The position numbers and the translations under genes are program-made. Under the pieces are notes generated by a model that had not been told where the DNA came from, did no database searches, and saw nothing but the letters and a program-made list of their open reading frames with translations. From NCBI GenBank assembly GCA_964016885.1, contig OZ024741.1, positions 310,248,001-310,312,000 on the forward strand: a DNA stretch of 64,000 bases, in the 5' to 3' direction. Each line of letters begins with the position of its first letter. The first letter of the stretch is position 1. Positions 14,990 to 28,509 of this stretch are shown here, piece by piece. This DNA is from Eledone cirrhosa (Eukaryota).

Positions 14990-17380
14990 GTGTCCCCAGG
15001 TTGAGAGGTGCAACGTTCTTTCTTGAGAGCCTCAGTGAATTGCCTTACAAGTTCTGGCTGGTACATATTGCTGACATAAAGGTAAGGATTCCCCTGTTCC
15101 TTGACTGGATGGAATCTCTTGGGTTGCTGCCTGATCTGCAACACATCAAGGAGTGGTCTGTGTCACAGTCTGCACTGTGGTGGGAGCGTGTGTGGAGAAC
15201 GTTCTTGATGACGCCACGTCTAATCAGAGTGAAATCTAGCTGGTGCCAGTGCTTTGAGCGTGGATGTCTCCATGATACCTTGTGTTACGGCTTGGTGCAG
15301 CAGTAGGGGCTGGTGATGCACAGGTTGTGATAAGTACACAGCTTGTAAGTGCATAGCCTAATCCACGCTTTCTGGGCTCCTGAGAGCCCCTCCCCTGCCA
15401 GTAGAACGTGTAGACGTTTTCCTTCAGCGTACTGAGTCCGCCAGTCTCGTTTCCTGAAGGGTGGCTCTATCTACGTTCAGTCTCTTCAGCTCGGTTTTAA
15501 CACAGCTGTTTTTCTGCAGTCACTGATATTCAGCATGTTGTTGAAAAGGCCAGACATCATTGTCCGGACATTCCAAGTTCACTGTTTTCGAGCAGATTAC
15601 TTTTGCTGATTGGCTGTTTTAGCTGGTGCAAAGGTTGCAGTTTGCTGTTCGGATGAATCCTAATCCTCATGCACCTAACGAGGAAAGCAGACTGTGACAA
15701 GACAACACCTGGGGGCTGCCCAGTTTGAGGCGGGTGATAGCTATCCAGTGAGATCTGAAAATCTCTTCCACCATCGGGAGCAACCCCGGGCGCTTGCCTT
15801 TACGCCAAATGACTGAAGACTTATCACCGGTAACTGCTACTCCCTTTTTTGTATCCACGCTGTAGGTGCAGCTGGATTGTCCTCTCCAGGTATATGGTGC
15901 TAGTTTTTTTGATGAGTGGTACATAGAATGGAGTGGCTGGATACAAGCCTGGGCGATGTGATTTGGAGAACAGGATGTTTCCCATGTAGCATGTCCTCGC
16001 TCTCCACAATGCTGCTGGATCCAAAGGAGCTGCGAGGCTGCTACTGTTTGGCAGCAGCCTTGTCACAGAAGCTGCCAGAACGAAGTTGTAATGAATGACG
16101 AACAGTCCATCAGGATGACAGCTATCATTGAAGCCAAGCATGTTGCCCTAGCTGAGTACAAATGATTGCCCAGCGAAAAAACCTGCAGACTCTCAGGGCT
16201 GCTAGAAACAAGGTTCAACAGACTACAAGGCACAGTGTTAATGGGTACTGAACACAGCTCAGTGAGGACATCTAGACAGCTGCCATAACAGGGAACATCA
16301 GAGGCATGTACGATGGCATCAAGAAGGCACTGGGAACGGTTCAGAGCAAGACAGCTCCCCAGAAATTCAACACTGGGGAAGTAATCACTGACAGAGGCTG
16401 GCTGATGGTGAGATGGGTGGAGCACTACTCTGACCGCTACTCCAGACAGAACACCGTGTCCCACTCGGTTCTCAATGCTGTTGAGTGCCTGCCTGTCATG
16501 GAAGAGCTTGATACTGAGCCGACCTTGGGAGAGCTCAACAAGGCAATTAACAACTTGGGCTCAGGTTAGTATCCAGGCGACGATGGGTTTCCTCCTGACC
16601 TGATCACGTAATGCAGGACTACCCTACTGCGACCACTGCATGAGGTCCTCTGCCAGTACTGGAAAGAAGGTGCAGTGCCACAGGACATGAGGGACGCCAA
16701 TACCAGATCAGACGGCAAGCTGTTCAACCTCTCCCACCTCAGAGCGAAGACAAAGGTACGTAAAAACCTCATTAGAGACATGCTATTTTCCGATGATGCC
16801 GCGGTTGCGACGCACTCCCAGCAGGAATACCAAATGCTCTTGGAGCGCTTCCTCCAGGTCTGCAGGGATTTTTGGCTGACCATCAGCCTTGGGAATTCAA
16901 ACGTCTTGGGATAGGACACTGAAATACCACTAGTCATCAAAATTGATGACGACGAGCTCGACATCATCCATTAGTTCACCCACCTCGGTTCCACTATCAC
17001 CGACAACATCTCCCTGGACACAGAGCTCGACAGGAGATTTGGGAAGGCAGCCACAACGTTTGCTCGCCTCACAACCCGAATGTGGACAAACTCCAAGCTG
17101 GTGGTAAAGACCAAGATAGCTGTGTACAATGCCTGTCTCATCGGCGCACTGCCGTATGGCAGTGAGACATGGTACCCATATGCCAGACAGGAGAGGCGAC
17201 TCAACATCATCCATCTGAGATATCTACGCCGGATCCTGCTGGCTTTCTTTCCAAGAGGCCAGCCCCCATATAAGATGTCTTTTTGGATGCGGTGGACGTG
17301 TCCTAGCCAGCGTAGTCTGCACTGTCGAAGCAGGATAAACATGCTGGGAAGGCCAGCACGAATAAAGACCTCGGCGTTGT
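14990..17380. mobile_element. RTE (BovB-like) LINE remnant: 5'UTR and APE on minus (~16110->14990), linker/RT on plus (~16115-17240), short minus 3' piece (~17240-17380)
   Basis: Minus: TWNVRTM, HPRSKHWHQLD, SADCDTDHSL. Plus: MYDGIKKALG, RWVEHYS, LFSDDAA, VYNACL..LPYGSETW. Minus: RLRWLGHVHR..KDILYG. Confidence 0.88.
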
Positions 17381-17400
17381 CCACTTTGTTCTTATTATAG

Positions 17401-18364
17401 ACTAGCAGCAGTACCCAGCGTTGCCTGGGTAGGTAAAATAATATCTGCTTTGATGAAAAGGTGTTGATCTTAGCGACTGCTTCTCGATGACTCATCTATG
17501 ACCACACACAGGCCACGCGGGGGAGGGTGGTGATGACCTCTATCACTGAGAAACGCGGGTGACTGACGAAGGGGCATGCTGGGAGAGGGAGGTAATGACC
17601 TCTAACATTAAGCCAAATTTCCTCACGCTACTTGATTGGAAACCGATGAATTCTAAAATACACAACTAAAAGCTCAGACGACGTCAGTGGCCATCGTTTT
17701 GCCTTTGACCATCTATAAGATGTGCAATGATCGGTTCTATCGTAGTATAAAAGTTGAACCAAATAAATTGATTTATGTGTGAGGTGGAGCCGAAGTTTCG
17801 AATTTGAACGAAATCGGTTGAAAAATGTGAGAGCTAGAGCCAAAAAGGCGGGAATTTGAGCGAAAAGGTGGTATTTTCGAATATTTAAGCGGCTGCCACA
17901 CCGTTCCTGAACAAAAAATCCAAAATCTAAAGCCACTTTAAGACGTGAAATAATCAGATCTAGCGTAGAGTAAAATTTGAAGAAAGTAGGTTGATTAATG
18001 TGGGAGCTAGAGCCGAAAAAGTGGAAATTAAAGTCTAAAAGTGGTATTTTTGCATATTTAAGCAGCCGCCACGCCGTCCCTTAACAACAAATGCAAAATA
18101 TAAAGCCATTATAGGATGTGCAATGATAAATTCTATTTTGCTTTAAAATTTGAACGAAATCGGTGGCAAAATCTGGGAGCTAAAGCCCAAAATCTTATTT
18201 TTCGATACCTAAAAAAGGTGCCCCCCTATCGATTTTTATCTGCAGAATGACCCCGGAATAAAAAAAACGATACGCTGGTATATAGAAAACACTCCCCGAT
18301 GACTAATCTATGAGCCTGTAAAGTTTCATGAAAATTGGTCGTAAGATGTAGGCCCCTATAGGTA

Positions 18365-18432
<68 letters not shown>

Positions 18433-18450
18433 AATTTTATATATATACAG
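17401..18450 (+). mobile_element. Non-autonomous Helentron/DINE-1-like (HINE) element
   Basis: Starts actagcagcagt-acccagcgttgcctgggt (subterminal hairpin), has three ~175-bp internal repeats (atttgaa.gaaa..ggt...gagcta.agcc), aagtttcatgaaaattgg, (CA)n and ends ttttatatatatacagat. Confidence 0.65.
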
Positions 18451-18639
18451 ATAAAGGTACCTTTTATTCAGAGTGGATAGCAGTAGAAATATTTTTACTG
18501 CAAGATGCAACAAATTTACCTCGTACTTTGAAATGTTTTTGAAATCTTTCTGAAGAAATGCAATATTTAATGTATTACTAGTGAATGGGCATAATAATAT
18601 TAATATGCAATCAACACTATGTAGACTTATAATATAATA

Positions 18640-18698
18640 ATTCTTTAACATGTTTCAATACAATATAACTTATATTGTATTGAAACATGTTAAAGAAT
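18640..18698. repeat. Perfect 59-bp palindrome containing a hammerhead right half
   Basis: attctttaacatgtttcaatacaatataa-c-ttatattgtattgaaacatgttaaagaat. Confidence 0.92.
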
Positions 18699-19394
18699 GA
18701 ACTTTTGCAAACAATCTTCACTTTTTCTATACTTCACGCCTAGCCTTTGTTTTTCTTATACATTTAAATATATATTTATGGGAGAAGAAATGATGTATAT
18801 ATATTATCAAATGATTCCATGGACATGCTTTACTTTATAGTATTTTGCTCTGATTATTTAATTTATTACTTCTTCATTGAGCCACATCGTGAATGGTTGC
18901 CAAAACACATATATGTCTGTGACTTTGTTTAATTGGTGTATATGTAAATATTTATATTTAATAATCTCCCATAAGGTTGAGATGCAATTTGGGCGATATT
19001 GGGCTGCGCTTTCTAGCAACCAACCCACTCGCAGTAAGCAACCAATCACACTCTTTCTGACTTGACCACTGCCACGTCACGGTTCTCAGCCATTTTGAAT
19101 TCGTGTTTGGCGGGGGCCACTTCAGAAAATAATCTGTCCTAGCGAGTTTGTCCCCTGAAAAGTTCGAAACTCGAGATTTATCCTTAATAGGATATCTGAA
19201 AATGAGAACGAAACCCATGGGTCGGGATTTAGGGATTTAATCCTGGTATGTATATAAGCATTTCTAACTTTAATTTTATACCTAATTGTGTATGGTTGAC
19301 CGTATATTTAATTAATTTCCACGTGCTGTTGAAATGTTTGGTAAATATTCTATAGCGGTTGGCCGCGAAGACGCTGCTATCGTTTATTTATATC

Positions 19395-22300
19395 ATCGTC
19401 AGCTCCGCAAAGGTTTGTTATTTCCGTTTGTTAAAAATTGCCATTTATGGAAAATTTTTATTGTTATCTATATATAAGCGCACATACATTGTTTTCCGAA
19501 AAGGACACCCAAAAAGATTGAGGCCTTGTGCCCAAAATTTAAACTTTTATGATTATCAAAAAATTTCTTTGAAAAAAAATGGCTAATTCACCTCTGCACC
19601 AAGCAGCTGAAAGCCTTCCTCACAAATTAACACCTCTCACCGACACCACCATTGTAAATGATACTACGTTTGCCAACACAAACAATTTAAGCACTAGCAA
19701 TATTTTAAATTTGTCTCAGGCAGACATTCATTTCCCGCCATTACCAATGACTGCAGGTGTTAAAGCCGCCAGCATCACCACCACCGCGACAACCCCCCCC
19801 CCACCGCGACAACAGAAACAAAAGGAAAAAATAAATCAACTCGTGATGTCGAAATATTTTGAACCAAATTGGACTCTTCCAAACCGAACTCCACTGACGT
19901 CACCACCACCACAACTGAAACTGAAATTAATAATAACAAAAATAACGATAGCAACAACAACAACAATGACATTAAAAAAACCACCCTGAGTTTTGCCAGA
20001 GTAGCAAAACAGTGAGAAGCATTTACGGTAACTCAGGAGGAATTAGAAAATGCCAAAAAAATGGTAAAGAAAGATGGGTACAGGGTCAGCCTCACCCCCC
20101 ACCTAATAAAATGGAGCATCGGCGCCTATGCACCGTGTCGTATCGAACAATAAATGTAAAATCGCGCCGAGTGGAACGGGCATCCGAGTCCCTAATCCAA
20201 AAAGCTTTGGGACATGTGTGGGTAAGAAAAACCCACATCAGACGTGGGCAGAAGTATGGAACCGTGGACGTGTTCTTTGAAACACCAGAGGAGGCTAGAG
20301 AACACTCCATGGCCCCATTAAGAAGTGACGACTTCACACTCGTCCCAAGCTATTGTGGCCAGAGACTCGTAAAGATCAGGGTGACCCACGTTCCACTGGC
20401 CATCGAAATTCCCTGGCTAATAGCGGCCGTCCTCGCCGGCATCGAAGCCAACACAAAGATAATAGCAATAGCAAAAGAAAAGCAGGAGAACTGGTCCGGA
20501 TCTGGGATGGAGCTCCTGATCCAAGCGGACCAAAAAAGCATTGAGGAGATCCCAGAGGTAATAGACCTCACTGACGGCAGCCACCTCACGGTAATTGTCG
20601 AGGGCAGAAGACCTAGGTGTGTCGTTTGTGGTGAAGGAACCCACCTAAGGGCTTTCTGCCCTCAGGCTAAAAGGTTGAGGCCACCTCTCCTACCCACCCC
20701 AGTGACACAACCATCAACACCACCAGTAGCAGAGATGGCAGCAACAACTGTAGCAGCAACAACAGAAGCAACTATAACAGCAACAACCCCAGCAACAGTA
20801 GCAAAACCAACACCACCACCACCACCAGCAAAACCAACACCACCACCACCCAACGCTTCAGAACTAGCACCAGCGCCTACACCATCCACCACGCCACAAC
20901 CAAAACTAACGGCTGTGCAGGATTTTCCACTCCCCGGCCTATCACAACTGGAGACAGATTGTGACGACGAGGAGTGGGAAACGATATCCGGAAAAAAGAA
21001 AAGAAACCAAAAAAGAAAAAATTCTCTTCCTTCCCCCTCCAAAAACAAAATACAGAGGGAAACAAATAAATTAACAAACAAAAAAGTTAGGACAGATATG
21101 CCACCATCCACACCAGCATCACCAATCCCATCACCCCAAACACCAACACCATCATTAACCCCAAAACCACCATCACCTACACCACAAAAGTCACCAAAAT
21201 GCGAAACAGAAACAAACCCACAACAAACGCAAACAAAACAAAACAACCAAAACGATACACACTACACAGCATTAAATTTGAACAACAAGCAATTATTACA
21301 CTACATCCAACACAACACCAGCATCACAGAAAAAGACTACACAACAACCCCAAAATTCACACCCCCTCCACACATACAAATCACTCGCATCACACAGAAA
21401 ACGTACCTGACACTAAAACAAAAATTCCCCAAAGACATCGGAGACTTCCGACAAGCACTCTCCAGGAGGATGTATAAGGACATCCTTCCGGAGGAGGCCA
21501 CAAGCAGTGAAAAGATGGAAAAACCGTCCTTCCTCTACGAGAAGTAAGGTAAGTGGTCTTTCCCATGTTTTCCACTCCTTTTCAACATGACCTCACTCAG
21601 AATAGGCAGCATAAATGCACGTGGCTTGGGGTCGTCATGGAAGCAGGGCCACCTGCAAAACGACCTCAGGTCACTAAACATAGATGTAGTGGCCATCAGC
21701 GAGACCAGAATCTCCGAAGCACGGGCCTTCGCACCTATCTTCGGCGGCTACGATGTGTACGCATCTCCCAGCCGTCCGGGATCGGGGGGAGGAGTTGCTG
21801 TGCTTTTTCGGAGAGGTTTGGATCTCGCCATACGGGCCATCTTCCTGGACCCAGAAGGTAAGTTGGTGGTGCTGGACGTGACCAGCGGAGACGGGCAAGC
21901 TTTCAGGTTAGTGGCCGTCTATGCCCCGACAGGAGCAGGGCGGCCTGATTTCTTCCGGCGTCTAGAGACCTTTCTTGGAACGTCCCGCTCTTTAGTGTTA
22001 GTGGGCGACTGGAACGGGATCTTAGATGCACGCTGGGATTGTGTGGGATTAGTGGATAGGGAATGAGGGTGCAAGAGTCTCACCAACCTGCTCAGACGTT
22101 TTGAACTGTCTGACAGGTACCGATTGGATTTCCCGAATGTACCAATGTGGACTTGGATAAATCGCATAGGGTCATCCAGATCATCTAGATAGAGTATTTT
22201 GTAGGGACATAGATAGGTCTAGCATAGGCTGTCCACAATTCAAGATAGTCAGTTACACGGACCACAAATTCGTGATCTGTGTGCTAGACTTAGATAGGAT

Positions 22301-25159
22301 TCATAGACGAGGACCCGGCTACTGGAAGCTAAACGCGTCCTTACCAGCGCGCAAGTCCTACAGAGACCGAATTAGCGAACTAGTTAAGCGGGCGTTGACG
22401 GGGGCCATCGTCAACAACAAGTGGTGGTTTGCTCTGAAAAGAGCAATTAGAATAGAGTCCATTAGGTTTAGTAAGGCTTTAGCAATAGAGAAAAATAGAG
22501 CAGAGGGAGAACTAGTTAGAAAATTAGACGAGGCGCTTTGCAAAGGCATCGCTACCGACGTACTTGCGGCGAAATTGGCCCTTGACCAATTCTTCAATGC
22601 AAAGCACGAAGGCTGCGTTGTCAGAGCTAGGGTGCGTGCTGTCAGACACGAGGGGACGAAAGCCGTTCAATGGGCCCGAGTGGCGGAGGCGCGTCGTGGC
22701 AACAAAGCCACTATCTGGTCTTTGGTGGACCACGACGGGCGCATGTTACTCGATCCCGGGCAAATGTGTGAAGCTTTTCAGCGACACTTCGCTCAACTGT
22801 TCGGGGGCAGCGGCGATAACAACCGCTGAAGTACGGGAGGCAATGACTGGCTGCACAAGGCGTAAATCGCCTGGTTTGGATGGTCTGCCCTATGAACTTT
22901 ACGTACAAATGCCAGACTTGTTCGGAGGCCTCTTGGCGGACGTCTACTGCAACTGGCAACAGAACGGGAGAATTCCCAGCTCTGTGAGCCGAGGAGCGGT
23001 GGCGCTGCTGAGAAAGGATCCGAACAAGGGGGATAACATAGATAATTTTAGGCCCATAACTCTGCTAAACACAGAGTTCAAGATTTTGGCCAAGGTGCTA
23101 GGAAAGAGGTTGGCGCTTGTCGTTGGTGGTCTGGTGGGAGAGGCACAGACATGCGCCATTCCCGACAGATCCATCCACGACAACCTCCACCTCATGCGAT
23201 ACATCGTAGAGAGGGTAGCTAGGGAACCTGGCACGGGTGGGTCTTTGATCAATTTAGATCAGTCGAAAGCCTTCGATAGGGTCGACCATCGTTACCTAGC
23301 GGCAGTACTGAGGGCGGCTGGCTTTGGGCCCGTCTTCAGAGGCTGGATCGCTGCCATGCACAGCGACATCTGCTCTGTAGTGAGAGTGAACGGTCACCTT
23401 TCGGAACCGTTCAACATCATGCGCTCGGTCCGCCAAGGATGTCCCCTCTCGTCCCTATTGTACGTATTGACTCTCGAGCAATTACTGCACAAACTGGAGA
23501 CATTGAGGGGGGTCCCGCGCGAACTAGGATGCGGAAGATCCGTGTCAGCATATGCGGACGATGTCGCCGTAGTGGTGTCGAACGCCAAACACATCGAGGC
23601 GATCGGCACTACACTAAGAGAATACGAAGCGGTGACAGGAGCAATGATCAACCAGGAAAAGTCAGTGGGCCTGCAGCTCGGCACCTGGAGAGGCAGGTCC
23701 ATGCCGTCCAACAGCGTCGTCGGGCGCTGGACGGACGGACCGGTTAAATTGCTAGGGGTCTGGTTCGGTCCAGACCTCCAGACGGACAAAAACTGGGACG
23801 AGGTGACGAGCAGGGTGGCTTCTCTCACCCAGAAATGGGCCGAGAGGAAGCTATCCCTGAAAGGTCGAGCGGAGGTGGCTAACGCGTACATCGCGTCCGT
23901 CATCTACTACCGCCTGACCGTCGTACCTTGTCCTAAGCCCCGCCTGACTGCGCTGGAGCGTTTGCTATTTCGCTTCTTGTGGAAGGGACGTGCTCCGATG
24001 GTCAGGCGGTCCATCTGCTGTCAACACCCGCTACGTGGAGGGCTGGGCATGCCGTGGCTGATGATGCGCAGACACGCGCTCAGGCTACGACATCTCCACC
24101 TCTTCCTCGACGGTGATCAGGTGTGGTCGCCGTTTGCTAGACACGTTTTTCCCCAGCTCGTCTCCTTGACGGAGCAGCAGTCCTGGGTCAAGCGAAGACC
24201 GAGAGGGAGCGCTTGGAGACTGGAATGTCTTCAGGCGCTCACAGCCCTCGACCAATCGGGCAATGTGATCGGTGGAAACTCCACCTTGGCGTTCTATAGG
24301 GGATTAGTGGAGGGGAAGAGCGACGACGTACTTGGAGAAACTCTAGGCGTCGACGAAAATCAACTAGCCAATCTCTTCGGAAGGACTTTCGGGCCGGGGC
24401 CTATGGACAACTTCCAGAAATCCCTGGCCTGGCAGTGCTACCGGGGTGCTTTGCCAGTTCGGGATAAACTTTACAGGCTTGGAGGTGCCGTCAGCCGGGC
24501 ATGTCCGAGATGCGCACAGGGCGACGAAACCGTCCTGCACGCACTCGTCCAGTGTCCGAGCATTGCTGACTTGTGGGTTTATGTCGAACACCTGCTGTCA
24601 CGTGTAGGACGGATCCCGATATCAGCTGAGTCCATCGTGAGGATTGCCCCGCCCTCTTCCTTTAGCCGGGAAGGGCAGGCAGTTTTTATCTGTCTGGTGG
24701 CCATGGCGAAAGAGATAGTATGGTGGACACGTTTGAAAGGGCTGAAGACGAGCACTTACCTCTTCGGTGATGCCCTGATTAACTTTTTCAAATTTCATCT
24801 GAAAAGGAAAATCAGGGTAGAGAGGGAAGTGCTCTCTTCCCAGCATTTTGTTGAAAGATGGGTGAGAGAGGCAAGTATGGCCCGAATGAATGGGCCTTCT
24901 CTGAGTATGTGTCTGTAAATTAAAGGTGGAAAACTGGGAGAGGGCACTTGCCCTGGTGGTCAGGGTCACTGTGGTCTTTTAATGGGCTTTCTCCACAAAT
25001 GTCCCTCGGAAGTCTCCCCCCTATTGGGGAATTTTTCTTTGTTATTTTATTACATCCTCTGTTTTTTACACGCAGAAATGCCCATTTGTACCGTCCTGTA
25101 TTGTCCTGTACTGTCCTTAATGTCTACTTTATGTAAACCCTTGTGGTTAATAAAGAAAA

Positions 25160-25190
<31 letters not shown>
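19395..25190 (+). mobile_element. Tx1/L1-clade LINE copy 1, full-length, disrupted (ORF1 19579-21547 frameshifted; ORF2 21587-24918 with stop and frameshifts)
   Basis: ORF1 CCHC knuckle CVVCGEGTHLRAFC. ORF2 APE (INARGL, ISETRI, GDWNG, YTDHK), RT (SPGLDG, FRPITLLN, LDQSKAFDRVDH, QGCPLS, YADD) and C-terminal CPRC..H..C. aataaa then (ATT)n. Confidence 0.95.
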
Positions 25191-25192
<2 letters not shown>

Positions 25193-28040
25193 AGTTGCAT
25201 TTATCTTGCTTTATGTTCATACGAGTTATCACCAAGTCACAACCAGTGACTTCAAGAGACAACAAGGTCTGTCATGTTCAGGAAAGAACACACACATACA
25301 TGTATCTTTAGTTGTTTAAACTTGTGATGTATTTATACTGACAGAATCTTCCTTAGTATATGGGCAGTTCCCATTAATACTATCTTTTGAATTTCTTCTA
25401 TAGGCGGGTTTCCTGGGATTTGGGATAAGTAATCATTCCTAGAGCACCTACAACCACTGGTATTGTTTTAGTTCTCAACTTCCACATTTTTCCAATCTCT
25501 GTCTCCACGTCTTTATACTTGCTCAATTTTTCAAATGTTTTTATTGATACATTCTTGTCGATTGGAACGGACATATCAATTAGCAGGCATACTCTCTTTT
25601 TTAAGTCCTTCAGTATTATATCAGGTCTATTTGTATCTATTTTTCGGTCTGGTTGGATGCTAAAGTTCCACAAGATTGAGATGTGATCTTTTTCAAGTAC
25701 GGGGGGTGGTTGATGCTCCCACCAATTCTTTTGATGGGGCAAGTCAAAATGCTTACACATTACCCAATGTATGTATTGTGCAGCTCTGTCGTGCCCGTTT
25801 AGGTATTCGGTTGGAGCTATAGGACTGCACATTGAAATTATATGATCAATGGTCTCTGGTTGCTTTTTACATACACAGCATAATGGGTTGCATCCATTTT
25901 TTATTGTTGGTATGATAACTTTTTGTTGGCAGACACTGATCTTGTGCTGATATAATCAGTCCTTCAGTCTCCGATTTCAGTTCAGATGATGCCAACCACT
26001 GATGGGTTAAAGTTTTGTCAACATCAGGATTGTTAGTTCTTTCTGGGTATTTTCCTACAAGTTTTTTTGCCATTTCTTAGCCAGTTTCTGTAGCAGTTCT
26101 TTCTTTGCAGTTACTTTTACCGGCCTTGCTTTTTTTTGTGTTTTTCATTTCAGCAGTAAAGGGAACTTCTGAAATTTGTAGCTCATTACTGTATCTTTGT
26201 GCATCTTTTGTAATGGAGTATGATCTTTTGATGCTTTCATATTTCAAAACGAGTTTGATCATCCAATTGTTGCCGTTTTCAAAGCAATATCTAACTGGAT
26301 TAATCCACGTCCTCCTTCTAGATATATTCTATCTGTATCTGCCTTAGGGTGATGCATTCTGTGCATGGTTAAGAATTTTCGAATTTTTGTATCGAGCCTA
26401 CGGATCTCTGTGCTTGACCAGTTGATGACATTGAAACAGTAGGTTACTACTGGTATTGCAAGCGTGTTTATGGCATAGATCCTATTCCTTGCATTCAATT
26501 CCGTTCTTAAGATTGCTCTGACTCTGCGGTAACATTCCTTCCTTATCCTTTCCATCATTGTCGAGTGCTTGATTCCGTCTCCGTCACAAACACCTATATA
26601 TTTGTCAGTTTCCTCTTGATCAAGTTCTCTTATCACATTCCCCCGATCAAGATTAATGTCTGAACTTCTCAGCAGCTTTCTTCTGGTGAACGTGGCTTTG
26701 GCGCATTTGTCTAGTCCAAACTCCATTTTAATATCATCACTGAACTGCTCCACAGTGGATAATAGCCCTTGCAATAGCTCATCATTTTTTGCAAATAGTT
26801 TCAGTCATCCATGCAGAACAAGTGATTAATGGTTTTGTCATAGACTTTATATCCAAGTTTTGTTTCATTGAGCATTTTACTTAATGGTATAAGTGCGAGG
26901 CAGAATAAAAGCGGTGATAAAGAGTCACCTTGAAAAATTCCACAATTAATATTAACATCTCCAGCTTCCAGTGATTTTTTTCACTATTCAAAAAGAGTGT
27001 CGTTTTCCATGTCTTCATACTGAATGACAGGAACCACCTGACAATGGGAGATATTTTGAAAATCTCTAAATACTTTTCAATCCAACTGTGTGGCAAACTA
27101 TCGAATGCTTTTTTCTCATCTATCCAAGCAATTGATAGATTTTTGAGTCAATTATGACAATCTTCCAGTATCATTTTGTTAACCAAAAGCTGATCCTTAC
27201 AGCCATATGAGCCTCGTTTACACCCTTACTGCTCATTGGGAAATAGATCATTTGTTATCAGGTGATCATATATATATTCAGTTAGGACTGATGTTACAAT
27301 GTTATACATTGTGCTCAAGCAAGTTATCGGTCTGTAATTTTTGGGATTGTTTCATCATTCTTCGGAAGTAGGAATGTAATGCCGTTAACTAGCCATGATG
27401 GTATCTTTTCTGGCTCCTTAACCATTTCATTGTAAAGTTGGGCTAACAGCTCATGAGACTCTGTGAAGGCATTTATCAAAAAATTTGGTATTTTGTCTTT
27501 CCCTGGGGATTTCCATTTGCTGGATTTTCTAAGAGCTAAACGCAGATGTTCAACTGTTATATTTTCCCATATTTGTTCCTCAAGGTGAGCTGTATCTTTC
27601 ATTTGTCTGTCTATCCATGGGACATGTATATTATGAACTTTTTCTTCGGCCCAGATGTTTTCCCAGAATTCTTGCACTTCCTCCTTAGGTGGTATTGATT
27701 TAGCAGTTATTGTTGACTTACCAATTTTTCTCTAGAAGTTTCTTTGGTTGTTTTTGAACATATTATTGTTCTTATAGAATCTAGATCGTTTTTCAAAGCG
27801 CCTTATACGAGCAGCTTTGGCCGACACTTTTTGCTTGATTGTTTCTATCAGCATGTCTATGTCACTTGTTGATTTTATACTGTATTTTCTTTTCAATTTT
27901 CTAAGTTTAGTTTGTTTAACATGTTCACCTACTTTGTACCTTGCTAAAATTTCTGTCAGATCGGAGAAGGTTTATTTGGCGATTGATGTTCTCTTGCCAA
28001 GTAGGTTTTTTGAGGGGATTCCTTTGTTTTTTCATTATTA
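25191..28040 (-). mobile_element. R4/Dong-clade LINE, degraded RT plus restriction-like endonuclease, (TAA)n tail
   Basis: KWKSPGKDKI, GIFQGDSLSP-like region, MEFGLDKCA, GGRGL, SETEGLIISAQDQ, ETIDHIISMC, HDRAAQYIHW, NRPDIIL, LIDMSVP, EKLSKY. Confidence 0.92.
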
Positions 28041-28042
28041 TT

Positions 28043-28222
28043 GGATTGGCAGTATCGGTAGAGGATCGGACACCATGCTTTGACGCATAGAGTTATGGCC
28101 CTTGCCATTCTGAGTTCAAATCCCGCCGAGGTTAACTTTGCCTTTCATCCTTATGGGGTCGATAAAATAAAGTACCAGTAATGCACTGTGATAATTGCTG
28201 GCCTTGTGCCCAAAGTGGAAAC
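28043..28222 (+). mobile_element. tRNA-derived SINE (octopus-type)
   Basis: A-box tggcagtatcggtag, B-box gagttcaaatcc, body gccgaggttaactttgcctttcatcc..ggggtcgataaaataaagtaccagt; second copy at 48185-48405. Confidence 0.85.
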
Positions 28223-28245
28223 AATTATTATTATTATTGTTATTG

Positions 28246-28452
28246 TTCTTTGAGTCTCACTCATTGATGTTATTTAACTGGAAAATTTGTTGAAATAAAT
28301 ATCAAGCCGCTACCTGCAGCCTCAGATATTCACTTTTCGCAATATAACGGTCAGGGGTATCAGGGCAAGGACAAACAGTAGAGGGGACAAACTATCTCCC
28401 TGGAAGATACCTCTCTTGATCTTCACGCCTCCCAAGGATTCTCCACCCGATG
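28246..28452 (-). mobile_element. Short internally deleted R4/Dong-like fragment between (TAA)n tracts
   Basis: Minus-strand translation VKIKRGIFQGDSLSPLLFVLALIPL; flanked by (ATT)n at 28224-28245 and 28455-28485. Confidence 0.75.
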
Positions 28453-28485
<33 letters not shown>

Positions 28486-28509
28486 GGCGACCTACGTAGT
28501 AAATCGTAC

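Noticed and set aside
20662-21246. Antisense Gly/Val-rich ORFs (also 29789-30349, 23394-23903, 32534-33166)
   Set aside because: Shadow frames of Tx1 ORF1/ORF2
22064-22066. Selenocysteine codon in Tx1 ORF2
   Set aside because: Not an evident Cys position and no SECIS identified; CpG decay is simpler
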